Assembly (NCBI GenBank): GCA_038108555.1
Contig: JAYNIA010000052.1
Location: forward strand, 1,271-16,930
Reading direction: 5' to 3'
DNA from: Nitrospinota bacterium
GTDB taxonomy: Bacteria; Nitrospinota; Nitrospinia; Nitrospinales; VA-1
DNA: 15,660 bases
Part shown: positions 8,182 through 15,660 of the stretch, one piece after another
Layout of the letters: each line of letters starts with the position of its first letter
How positions within the stretch are numbered: the first letter of the stretch is position 1
Translations under genes and position numbers: made by a program
Notes under the pieces: model-generated
Told to the model about the DNA's origin: nothing
What the model saw: only the letters and a program-made list of their open reading frames with translations
Databases searched by the model: none

Positions 8182-8211
8182 TATTCCAACCACCTTTATA
8201 CCTTTTAAAAA

Positions 8212-8583
8212 ATGAAAAAAAACAAGTTAAAAAAATTCCAGTCTCTATTAGAGGGCATCCGCACAGAAATTGTAGGAGATGTTGAAAAAGCTCACCAAAA
8301 CGAAAAAGATAATCAAGCAGAACAAATGGCAGATATCAGCGATGATGCCGCCCGTGCTTACGACAAGAAAATTCAGGGGGACCTCGAAGAGCAGGAATGG
8401 ACAAAATTAAAACAGGTCGAGGCCGCATTGGACAAAATTGAAAATGATGGTTATGGAATCTGTGAACAATGTGAAACAGAAATCCCCGAAGCCCGACTTG
8501 AAATCATGCCCTATGCCGAGTTCTGCACTCAATGCCTAAACGAAATGGAAAAACAATCTTCCTTTGATGATCAGAAAAGCTAA
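8212..8583 (+). CDS. dksA: DksA/TraR family C4 zinc-finger RNA polymerase-binding factor
   Basis: Coiled-coil tip DxxDxA (DISDDA) and YGICEQC...IPEARLEIMPYAEFCTQC zinc finger. Confidence 0.88.
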   Translation: MKKNKLKKFQSLLEGIRTEIVGDVEKAHQNEKDNQAEQMADISDDAARAYDKKIQGDLEEQEWTKLKQVEAALDKIENDGYGICEQCETEIPEARLEIMPYAEFCTQCLNEMEKQSSFDDQKS

Positions 8584-8603
8584 TTCACCTGGGAGCCATA
8601 ATT

Positions 8604-9845
8604 TTGTCTTTGAAACATATTATAACTTCAATCCTATTTGTTTTTATTTCCATATACGTAGCCTTTTTAAATCCTCATGAATCTACGTTCCACTTAACAC
8701 AAAGCCAAACGTTCACGCTTCCGACTGTTGTTCTACTGCTGGCAGCCGTTTTTACAGGAGTTTTATTTAGCGTCACAATATTCTGGACTTCCAATATCAA
8801 AAACTCCTTTTCACGCTGGAAATCAAACCTGCAAAAAAGCAGGAGCGAAAAAAAGCGAAACAAAATTGAAGCCTTATTTAAAAACGCAGAAAACTTTTTT
8901 CATAGTGGAAGGCTGGAAAAAGCGCTATCCCTTGTGGATAAAGTAATCGATGCCGCACCTGACCATGTCCGGGCATTGGGACTGAAGGGAAAAATTTTAT
9001 GTTCCCAGGGGAAAAAAAACCTCGCTGCAAATTTTCAACAAAAAGCTTTACAAAAAGATCCTCAGAATTTATCCGTCTTGCTTGACCTTGTAGAGACCTA
9101 TTCGCAGGCCGACCAAACCGAAGATGAAATCAACTTACTTAAAAAAATCCATAGGGAAAACCCGAAAGCCGTGCAACCTCTGGTTCAACTTCGGGATGCT
9201 TTCCTCAAACAGGAAGATTGGAAAAGTGTTTTAACCGCACAAGATAAAATTCTTCCCCTGGTCCGGGAAAACAAACAACGATGGAACGAAGAGTTAAAAA
9301 ACAAAAGCCGCTTTTTATTAGCACGCGGCAAACAAAGCTGGGACGAGGAAAAACGCGATCCCGCAATTTCGGATTTCAAACAATCCATCAAAGCCTGGAG
9401 CAAAAATTCCGAAGCCCATTTACATTTAGGGGATGCTTACCTCGCTATGGGAAAACCAAAAGTGGCACTTAAAAAGTGGTTTACAGGATTTGAAGAGTCG
9501 CAGGACATTGCCTGCTTAACGCGGGCACAAAAAGTTTATAACGGAACAGAAGATCCCCAGGCCCTCATAGAGATCTATCAAAAAGCAATCAACTCAAAAG
9601 AACAACAGGAAAACTACAAGTTTGTTTTAATGCTTGCGATTCTTTATCTGGAGCATGATCAGGCCGAAAATGCAAAGAGTGTCCTTGAGGAAAACGAAAT
9701 GGGAAATGACCTTTTAGGAAATTTATTGCTCCAGTGCGCAACCCGTCCTTCAAACAATGGGGCGGATCTGGAATTAAATTTGGACCAAATTAAAGAAGCG
9801 GTTTTACGACTCCACAAAAGCCCCACCTCTTCTACCCCAGCCTAA
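8604..9845 (+). CDS. Membrane protein with N-terminal LapA-like (DUF1049) segment and cytoplasmic TPR array (LapB-like, no rubredoxin domain)
   Basis: TM1-AFLNPHESTFHL...TLPTVVLLLAAVFTGVL-TM2 resembles LapA, followed by several TPR-like units (ALSLVDKVIDAAPDHVRA, ALQKDPQNLSV, SEAHLHLGDAYLAMGK). TTG start. Confidence 0.65.
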   Translation: MSLKHIITSILFVFISIYVAFLNPHESTFHLTQSQTFTLPTVVLLLAAVFTGVLFSVTIFWTSNIKNSFSRWKSNLQKSRSEKKRNKIEALFKNAENFFHSGRLEKALSLVDKVIDAAPDHVRALGLKGKILCSQGKKNLAANFQQKALQKDPQNLSVLLDLVETYSQADQTEDEINLLKKIHRENPKAVQPLVQLRDAFLKQEDWKSVLTAQDKILPLVRENKQRWNEELKNKSRFLLARGKQSWDEEKRDPAISDFKQSIKAWSKNSEAHLHLGDAYLAMGKPKVALKKWFTGFEESQDIACLTRAQKVYNGTEDPQALIEIYQKAINSKEQQENYKFVLMLAILYLEHDQAENAKSVLEENEMGNDLLGNLLLQCATRPSNNGADLELNLDQIKEAVLRLHKSPTSSTPA

Positions 9846-9885
9846 CATCTGGCTGTCTTCTTGAAAATAAAATGGATTTGGTTTG

Positions 9886-10494
9886 CTATTGAACCTTATA
9901 TAGCTGATGACTGAGGATCTTACTGTTCTTTGCAAAAATCCAGACAGAAACCATAACATTTTCTTTAAGGGAGAAATACAATCCCTTTTCCGGATATCGC
10001 GCAAGGGTGGAACTCATTGTTTGTGGAACACCATTTACCTTAATTAAGGTTGGAACCTTATCCCCCACTTTAATTCCATTTGCAAACTGGCCTTTGAAAG
10101 AGGGCAACAATTCGATAGCTTCTACTTTTTGTTTTCCATTTATCGCATGGATAACTACCCCGTGTTTTGCATACTCAACAGAAACGCTATCCAAACTAGG
10201 TTCCGTGCCTCTTTTAACTTTAATTTTTTGAGGGACCCCTAGCAGATTAATGGCCTTGTCAATATTCATGCCCACCTTCAGGTTTTTTCCAATTACGATT
10301 CCCTGAGGCGCTTTCTTTTTGGGCTTGGCTTTTTTGGCGGCCTTGGCGGTTTTTTTCATCACCTTTGCGACCGGCTTCTTGGCTTTCGCTTTTTTTACTA
10401 TCTTAACTTTTGCCGGTTGGGTTTCAGTAAAACCCTGGGATGCAGGTACAAAAATGAATAATAATATTGCTATTAAGTGGGTCGTAATTTTCAC
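9886..10494 (-). CDS. Secreted hypothetical protein: signal peptide, Lys/Ala-rich linker, two KVG...GVP repeats
   Basis: GTG start with AAGGAG RBS 6 nt upstream; hydrophobic signal ending ...PASQG; 202 aa. Confidence 0.8.
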   Translation of the reverse strand: MKITTHLIAILLFIFVPASQGFTETQPAKVKIVKKAKAKKPVAKVMKKTAKAAKKAKPKKKAPQGIVIGKNLKVGMNIDKAINLLGVPQKIKVKRGTEPSLDSVSVEYAKHGVVIHAINGKQKVEAIELLPSFKGQFANGIKVGDKVPTLIKVNGVPQTMSSTLARYPEKGLYFSLKENVMVSVWIFAKNSKILSHQLYKVQ

Positions 10495-10566
10495 CGGTGT
10501 CTCCTTTCAAATACTGACTGCGGATAACCAGCCATAAAAAACTCAGGCCATGATTGGAATTATCTC

Positions 10567-10595
10567 ATTATACCCTGCCCCTCCAGAAAATTAAA
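10567..10595 (-). promoter_or_regulatory. Candidate sigma70 promoter for the 9886..10494 gene
   Basis: Perfect TATAAT on the minus strand (10572-10567); only a weak -35 (TTTAAT) at 17 bp spacing. Confidence 0.4.
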
Positions 10596-10649
10596 CATTT
10601 ATTTTCAATCAGTTAAGAGGTTTTTGTTACATCTGAAAAAACTTCTAAA

Positions 10650-10681
10650 TTGCGAAAATCCCAAGGTTTTGGAATTTACAA
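10650..10681 (-). terminator. Possible weak hairpin/terminator after the ARH-fold gene
   Basis: Minus strand AAATTCCAA-aacc-TTGGGATTT stem (one G-U pair), followed by T-rich sequence. AT-rich and not very stable. Confidence 0.3.
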
Positions 10682-10705
10682 GATGTGGTTTTCTCCGGTG
10701 GGGCA

Positions 10706-12016
10706 TCAAAAAAAGTCATCTGGCAGGTTTTTCCGGCGATCCCTTTTAGACTTTGTTTTTTCTTTTTGAAATTTTCTCCACTGCGCCCGGTCTTCTTTGG
10801 AGGGAATTTTCTCTTCCTCATCATCCCAATAATCAATGGTGACGGGTTTCACTATTTTTTTGGTTTCTTTGGGCAGGTAGCGCTTTGCCTCCTCAGCTTC
10901 TTTATGTGTCAATGCCGTTTCCATATCAAAGAGAGTCTTGGCCTCCTTTTTCAACCGTCGTTGAAACAAAGCTTCTCCCCTAATTTTTATTTCCCGGTTA
11001 TTAACGAGACCGACCTTTAGTTTTTCAGGGATGGCTGCTGCTCCTGCAAGCGCACCAACCCATGCCCCTGCAAAAACCCCCAACTTCCCTGTTTCCCGAC
11101 CCTGCTTGAAAATAGTTGCCAGTGAAAAAAGGGTTTCTCGGTTGAAAACCCAATACAAAGCAAGGGGAATGATACTCAACACGAAACCCTGGGACGCATG
11201 CCGTATTTCCCGGTTGCTGTAACCCCGGGTATTTTCAACAATCCATTCCAAAGCTTCATTTTCTGATTTATCAATTTGGGCAATCATGCCCTCAAGAGTA
11301 TGGCTGAAAGCATTTTTGGATTTCTCTATTAATTCATTTTCCGAAACATTGAATCGGTTTTGAAATTCCTTTTCGGCCTGAATACAAACTTCCACTGCTT
11401 CTTCTAATACCTGCTTTCTTTTTGAGGAAAGCTGGTTATTCTCCAAAGTCAAAAAACGGGTCACGAGAAATCCGTTTAAAACAAGTCCAACCACTTCTAA
11501 AGGATGCACACTAAATACAAGTGCCAATTGCATGCATTGGTCTGCAAGGGTCTTAGACCAATTTTTATAAAACAATGCCAGCGGAGTAGACAGGGAGGCA
11601 AAAAGCCCCGTTGAAGAACTTAAAGTTGTGGGTTCTACCGCAGGCCGGTCTTCCAACAAATCCACCGCTTTCCAGAGACTGCCTTCAGAGCTCCGGAAGT
11701 TTCCAAAATAGTTTTCGGGACCTCCCTTGGAAAGGTCTTGAAAGTTTTGTTTTGTGCCTTCCAAAAACTTTTTTTTATTTGCGAGAATCGCATCGCAAAC
11801 AGCAATGGCACCTTGGGTGGGTGCTCCATATAACCCTTGCATCCGATATTGTTTGATTCCTTTTCCTATTACCTTCCGAACATCCTTATATTCTTCGATG
11901 GAACCAAACAATTGTTCAATAGCCTTGGGCTTTAGACCGTTTACAGCACGGCCCATAGCATCTCCTATTGCCATGCCAAAAAAACAACCCAGTACTTTGT
12001 CAGGATTAGAATCCAT
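10706..12016 (-). CDS. ADP-ribosylglycohydrolase (DraG/ARH) fold protein with degenerate metal-binding motifs and charged C-terminal extension
   Basis: N-terminal GCFFGMAIGDAMG (family motif G-x-x-x-G-x-A-x-GDA-x-G) and C-terminal AGAWVGALAG...IP. The TDD and DxDT positions are not conserved. Confidence 0.8.
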   Translation of the reverse strand: MDSNPDKVLGCFFGMAIGDAMGRAVNGLKPKAIEQLFGSIEEYKDVRKVIGKGIKQYRMQGLYGAPTQGAIAVCDAILANKKKFLEGTKQNFQDLSKGGPENYFGNFRSSEGSLWKAVDLLEDRPAVEPTTLSSSTGLFASLSTPLALFYKNWSKTLADQCMQLALVFSVHPLEVVGLVLNGFLVTRFLTLENNQLSSKRKQVLEEAVEVCIQAEKEFQNRFNVSENELIEKSKNAFSHTLEGMIAQIDKSENEALEWIVENTRGYSNREIRHASQGFVLSIIPLALYWVFNRETLFSLATIFKQGRETGKLGVFAGAWVGALAGAAAIPEKLKVGLVNNREIKIRGEALFQRRLKKEAKTLFDMETALTHKEAEEAKRYLPKETKKIVKPVTIDYWDDEEEKIPSKEDRAQWRKFQKEKTKSKRDRRKNLPDDFF

Positions 12017-12036
12017 TGAAAAAAATTCTTGCGGGA

Positions 12037-12804
12037 TTAAATCGAGAGGAGTTCTGTGGGATGATTTTGCTGTGCCAAAATCATTTCAGGCGGTGAGTCT
12101 CCTAAAGCCTGTCTGGCAGTAATTTTTGCCAATTCCGGATGGTTGTTGGTTTCACTCATATGCATTAACACCACCAGCTTTAAATTCGAATGTGTAACCG
12201 CTGCTAATAACTCACCGCAATCTTCGTTGGAAAGATGACCGACCCCACTTTTTATACGCTTCTTAGTAATCCAGGGGTAAGGCCCGGCTTCCAGCATGGA
12301 GATGTCGTGGTTGGCCTCAACAAGCAATGCATCGAGGTTTTGCAATTTATTTTTGACTTCAGGGGTGATCCTCCCCAGATCAGTTGCAATCCCGAGGCTT
12401 TTTCCCTGATAACGGACAACAAAAGCTACCGACTCTTCAGCATCGTGCGGGGTGGAATAGGGTTCCACTGAGAGCTCCCCGAAATTTATCGGTTCACTTT
12501 CACAAATGGTATTGTATCCCTTAACTTTTCCAATGGTGTGTTGAGCTCGACGCCAGGTTCCTTCGGTGGAATAGAAGGGAATTTCGTGTTTTCTTAAAAG
12601 CGGGCCGATTCCGCGGATATGGTCGGAATGTTCGTGTGTCGCAAACACCGCATCCATGCCGTAAAAGCTTCGATCGATATGTGACATGCGAGCCGAAAGT
12701 TTTTTTTCGCTCAAACCCGCATCAATTAAAATTCGCTTTTCCCCTGCTTCGATGTAAACCGAATTGCCGCCACTACCACTGGATAATACAGAGAACTTTA
12801 AAAT
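12037..12804 (-). CDS. MBL-fold metallo-hydrolase, YycJ/WalJ-like; probable ATT start at 12804 (255 aa)
   Basis: THEHSDH, TPHDA, ATDLG, EANHD, GHLSN and HMSETNN motifs. The frame extends upstream of the track's TTG (12714) through ILKFSVLSSGSGGNSVYIEAGEKRILIDAG, the conserved family N-terminus. AGAGGT lies 7 nt before the ATT. Confidence 0.88.
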   Translation of the reverse strand: MLKFSVLSSGSGGNSVYIEAGEKRILIDAGLSEKKLSARMSHIDRSFYGMDAVFATHEHSDHIRGIGPLLRKHEIPFYSTEGTWRRAQHTIGKVKGYNTICESEPINFGELSVEPYSTPHDAEESVAFVVRYQGKSLGIATDLGRITPEVKNKLQNLDALLVEANHDISMLEAGPYPWITKKRIKSGVGHLSNEDCGELLAAVTHSNLKLVVLMHMSETNNHPELAKITARQALGDSPPEMILAQQNHPTELLSI

Positions 12805-12866
12805 GGGAAGGACCTCTTGGGGATAAATTAACGGAATGAAATTGTTATGAAACTACAACTGGAAGG

Positions 12867-12875
12867 ATTGTACCA
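12867..12875 (-). promoter_or_regulatory. Candidate extended -10 promoter for the MBL hydrolase / ARH-fold genes
   Basis: Minus strand TG-G-TACAAT about 63 nt upstream of the proposed ATT; no recognisable -35. Confidence 0.4.
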
Positions 12876-12912
12876 CAGAAAGAAAAATTTCAGGAGAACA
12901 GCGGAAAGATAA

Positions 12913-14232
12913 TCAGGTTTCCTGCCAGGCAATGACAGAGACTTTATTGCTCAAAAATGGTGCTACTGAGTCACCATTATATACTACAGTCAAGCTACCG
13001 CCAATGTCATTGCTGGTCACAAGGTTTTCCGAGGTACCAACATCTGCAGCTACCAGAAAACCTTCCAATGAAACCGTCCCGGAGATAGATAACTGGTCTT
13101 TTGCCGCCATCATTCCCTGAATCGTATTGGATGGGTTTCCTGAAAATTCAATATCGGTACCAGCCACCAGAAACAAATTCTGAATATCGGCTGTGTCGTT
13201 TGCGTCCTTATAATTTGCCACATCGGCGTTGCCGCCAAAATTAATATATCCTTCAGCAATGATCGTTGTTTGCCAACCTGCGGGACATCCTGTCGTTGAA
13301 AAATCCCCTTCCACATAGAACATTCCATCTGTAATGGTACTGCTGCTGGCTTTCCATACACCCGATTGCAACCTGAGCCCGTCAAAAAGGGCATCACCAT
13401 CCCCGGTTGTAGAAGTTGACCAATGCCCTCCTCCCGGGCTCGTGAAGGTATAAATGTTTCCGGAAGAAACTTCCTGAATGGTGCCGTCACTTTTTAAAAT
13501 ATAGTCTGCATAAGATTTATAATCCGATGGTTCTACGATGGGGATGTCTTCAGGGGCCACTCCCCCGGACACACATCCTGTACCCGTACAGCTTCCGGTT
13601 GCGGTGGCACCCTGTGTTATCGTGGCACTGCCTCCACTTATGGTAACCTCGCTGTTCGAATGAATACTTCCGTTTGTTCCCCCAACGGTAAATGATCCAT
13701 TTCCTCCCAAGTCACCTTGGGTGGTAATTGCATTATCACCCTTGAAGAGCCTCCTTGTAACGATGGCTTCCAGAGTTACCGAATAATCTCCTTTGGTCCC
13801 TACGGAGGTAATGATGAGCGTGTTGTCATCATCATCCGAGGTATCTCCGTCATTGTCATCATTGTCTGTTACGGTCACATTGAAAGTACCATCTGCAAAG
13901 CTTACATTGCTTAATTGGGAGGAATTGTTTGAAATAAAATTGGACAACACATTGTCAAAACCGCCCGCCGCAATTTCATCACCAGGACTATTTCCACTTG
14001 AATCATAATTCATAAGATCGATAGCCTGCTGCACTCCTGCTTCTGCAATATAAAATGCTTCACGGGTCTTATAGTATTTTTCGGTACGCTCTACATCCTG
14101 AGTCGACCATTGCGTTGCCACAATGGCGAGCCCCCCCATTACAACAAGGATTAAAATAGTGATAGGCAAAGCCACACCGTCTTCTTTTCTTAAATAGTTT
14201 TTCATATATTTAGTTTTATTAAACATACTCAT
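12913..14232 (-). CDS. pilX: PilX-like minor pilin with large C-terminal beta-rich domain (start may be the ATG at 14226)
   Basis: DG|VALPITILILVVMGGLAIVA without E5, typical of PilX/GspK; AFYIAEAGV PilX N-terminal motif; third gene of the V-W-X order. GAGGG is better spaced to the ATG at 14226. Confidence 0.8.
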   Translation of the reverse strand: MSMFNKTKYMKNYLRKEDGVALPITILILVVMGGLAIVATQWSTQDVERTEKYYKTREAFYIAEAGVQQAIDLMNYDSSGNSPGDEIAAGGFDNVLSNFISNNSSQLSNVSFADGTFNVTVTDNDDNDGDTSDDDDNTLIITSVGTKGDYSVTLEAIVTRRLFKGDNAITTQGDLGGNGSFTVGGTNGSIHSNSEVTISGGSATITQGATATGSCTGTGCVSGGVAPEDIPIVEPSDYKSYADYILKSDGTIQEVSSGNIYTFTSPGGGHWSTSTTGDGDALFDGLRLQSGVWKASSSTITDGMFYVEGDFSTTGCPAGWQTTIIAEGYINFGGNADVANYKDANDTADIQNLFLVAGTDIEFSGNPSNTIQGMMAAKDQLSISGTVSLEGFLVAADVGTSENLVTSNDIGGSLTVVYNGDSVAPFLSNKVSVIAWQET

Positions 14233-14236
14233 ACCC

Positions 14237-15010
14237 TCAACTGGAATTTCTCAAGGCAATATCCGATTCAAACTCTATGACTCCCTGCGAGTTATCTTCC
14301 GGGTCCACCATTTCGAGGGTAATTCCTATTTTTGTAACATTCGCCGCTGTTCCTGAATCATAGGTAAACTGCAATGAAGAGATAGAGGGGTCGCTGATTA
14401 ATGTTGAAACGGTTCCATCAATACTTTTTTTGATAGCCGTCCCATCCTGATAAAGAATTACCGTGTTGTATTTATTGATAGTCACAAGTTTGGAGTTTTT
14501 TGAATAGGTGTAATTTGATCCCGCCGCCGTTCCCAGAGGAATAGTTGATGAAGACGGACTTCCACTAACGGTGTTTAACTCCGAAGTACGAAAACTGGGA
14601 TCGTAAATTACAATATTATCTCCATTTGAAAATTCACTTCCATCGATCACGGTTATGGAGTTTGCTCCGGAAGTAACCGCAACGGTTCCTTCACTCCCCG
14701 GGGGAGTTGTCGTCCGCACATCAAATAAATTCGAACGAAAAGTAACCGAATCAGAAGCTGAAACATCCGTAACACCCATCCCCGGGGGCAGGCCAAAACC
14801 AGCCATACGAACTTCTTCAGTAAGAAATTTAATCAGGTGCCGTCCTTTGGCTCGTATATCAGTTTCTTCACTTTCCTGACTGATAAGCTCGTCTTCTTTT
14901 ACATACATACTGATCGCCGCACCTACAACGATGATCCCCAATGTGGCAGCGATCAGGATTTCGATCATCGACACTCCCTTTGAATTTTTCGAAAACTTAA
15001 GAAATTTCAT
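14237..15010 (-). CDS. pilW: PilW-like minor pilin
   Basis: KG|VSMIEILIA (E5), EEVRMAGF motif and C-terminal IALRN, typical of PilW. Confidence 0.82.
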   Translation of the reverse strand: MKFLKFSKNSKGVSMIEILIAATLGIIVVGAAISMYVKEDELISQESEETDIRAKGRHLIKFLTEEVRMAGFGLPPGMGVTDVSASDSVTFRSNLFDVRTTTPPGSEGTVAVTSGANSITVIDGSEFSNGDNIVIYDPSFRTSELNTVSGSPSSSTIPLGTAAGSNYTYSKNSKLVTINKYNTVILYQDGTAIKKSIDGTVSTLISDPSISSLQFTYDSGTAANVTKIGITLEMVDPEDNSQGVIEFESDIALRNSS

Positions 15011-15014
15011 TATG

Positions 15015-15458
15015 CTATTGGGTAATGTAAGTGTTCAAAGAAACGGAAGATGAATTATCCCAGGAAACCGTTACCAAAATATTTGTAAAGTAATCTGCAC
15101 CGCTGACCGGGGTAATGCTCCAGGTCCGCGTGTAAATAGCATCCGACCCTCCGGTCGCCCCCTTGGAGTCAACAGTCTCTCCCCCTGTTGTAGCCGTCCA
15201 TGACTGGGTTGAAGAATCATAGACTGGCGAATCCAAAGTATCCGCATCTGACAAGATAATCCGAGTGCCCAATTCTTTTAGTTCTTCGATTTTATCCTGG
15301 GCCAGCGTGACTGCCACACTACTCTTTTTACTAACCGCATTTCTCTCAACAACGGCGCCCGATAAAACCCCATAGGCCAAAAGTCCAACACTGGCAAGCA
15401 CAACGGCAATGATTATTTCTATCAGTGTCAGACCGGAATTATTCTTTAATCGATTCAT
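15015..15458 (-). CDS. pilV: PilV-like minor pilin
   Basis: SG|LTLIEIIIAVVLASVGLLA (E5), AVTLAQDKIEELK, YTRTWSIT...VTVSW. Confidence 0.82.
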   Translation of the reverse strand: MNRLKNNSGLTLIEIIIAVVLASVGLLAYGVLSGAVVERNAVSKKSSVAVTLAQDKIEELKELGTRIILSDADTLDSPVYDSSTQSWTATTGGETVDSKGATGGSDAIYTRTWSITPVSGADYFTNILVTVSWDNSSSVSLNTYITQ

Positions 15459-15502
15459 TTTTGAGTATGAATAGTTTCTTTAAAAACAAAACGCTATACT
15501 TA

Positions 15503-15530
15503 ATTATGGCTTGAAAACTGGTTTTGACAA
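15503..15530 (-). promoter_or_regulatory. Candidate sigma70 promoter of the pilVWX operon
   Basis: Minus strand TTGTCA-16 nt-CATAAT (5/6 and 5/6 match), 44 nt upstream of the pilV ATG. Confidence 0.5.
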
Positions 15531-15660
15531 TCCCCCAATCGTGGGGGGGCACTAAGATGGAAATAAGGGTTGATCTGAGATCAATTGAAAAAGGGGGAGT
15601 TGGATTTTTGGCCTGCCCCATTAAGTTGTATCACTCTTTAAGTTAGTATTTCCACCTTTG

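Noticed and set aside
7123..12016. Functional NAD / ADP-ribose link between nadD and the ARH-fold gene
   Set aside because: They are on opposite strands in separate operons, nadD-rsfS is a widespread housekeeping pair, and the ARH protein looks catalytically dead.
15532..15549. CCCCCA-atcg-TGGGGG hairpin / G7 run as a terminator or phase-variable tract
   Set aside because: No U-tract follows on either strand, and G7 lies outside the candidate promoter spacer; no supportable function.
15524..15558. Plus-strand TTGACA ... TAAGAT as a sigma70 promoter
   Set aside because: The spacer is 23 nt, far outside 16-18.
1..15660. Mobile elements, CRISPR arrays, tRNA/rRNA
   Set aside because: No transposase, integrase or cas ORFs, no regularly spaced repeats, and no intergenic space with RNA-gene signatures were seen.

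Overview
Bacterial chromosomal window with no mobile elements, RNA genes or CRISPR that I can see; it is dominated by type IV pilus genes. Left (minus strand): a sigma54-type promoter drives a type IVa major pilin (pilA). An intrinsic terminator follows, then a tightly packed run of a DUF2723/TMEM260-like GT-C glycosyltransferase with TPRs, a GT2 polyprenol-phosphate glycosyltransferase, a YfhO-family GT-C membrane protein and a signal-peptide-less BtuF-like protein. The DUF2723 gene is out of frame at a T9 tract 25 nt into the gene; one extra T restores a 738-aa protein. Centre (plus strand): nadD, rsfS, dksA-family gene and a LapA-domain/TPR membrane protein. Right (minus strand): minor pilins pilV-pilW-pilX, a YycJ/WalJ-type MBL hydrolase that apparently needs an ATT start, an ADP-ribosylglycohydrolase-fold protein lacking its catalytic aspartates, and a secreted Lys/Ala-rich protein. 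Best candidate for an undescribed system: a possibly phase-variable pilin O-glycosylation cassette built on a TMEM260-like transferase plus YfhO. All family calls come from motif recognition, not database searches. The gene style suggests a Nitrospinota/deltaproteobacteria-like organism (weak inference).
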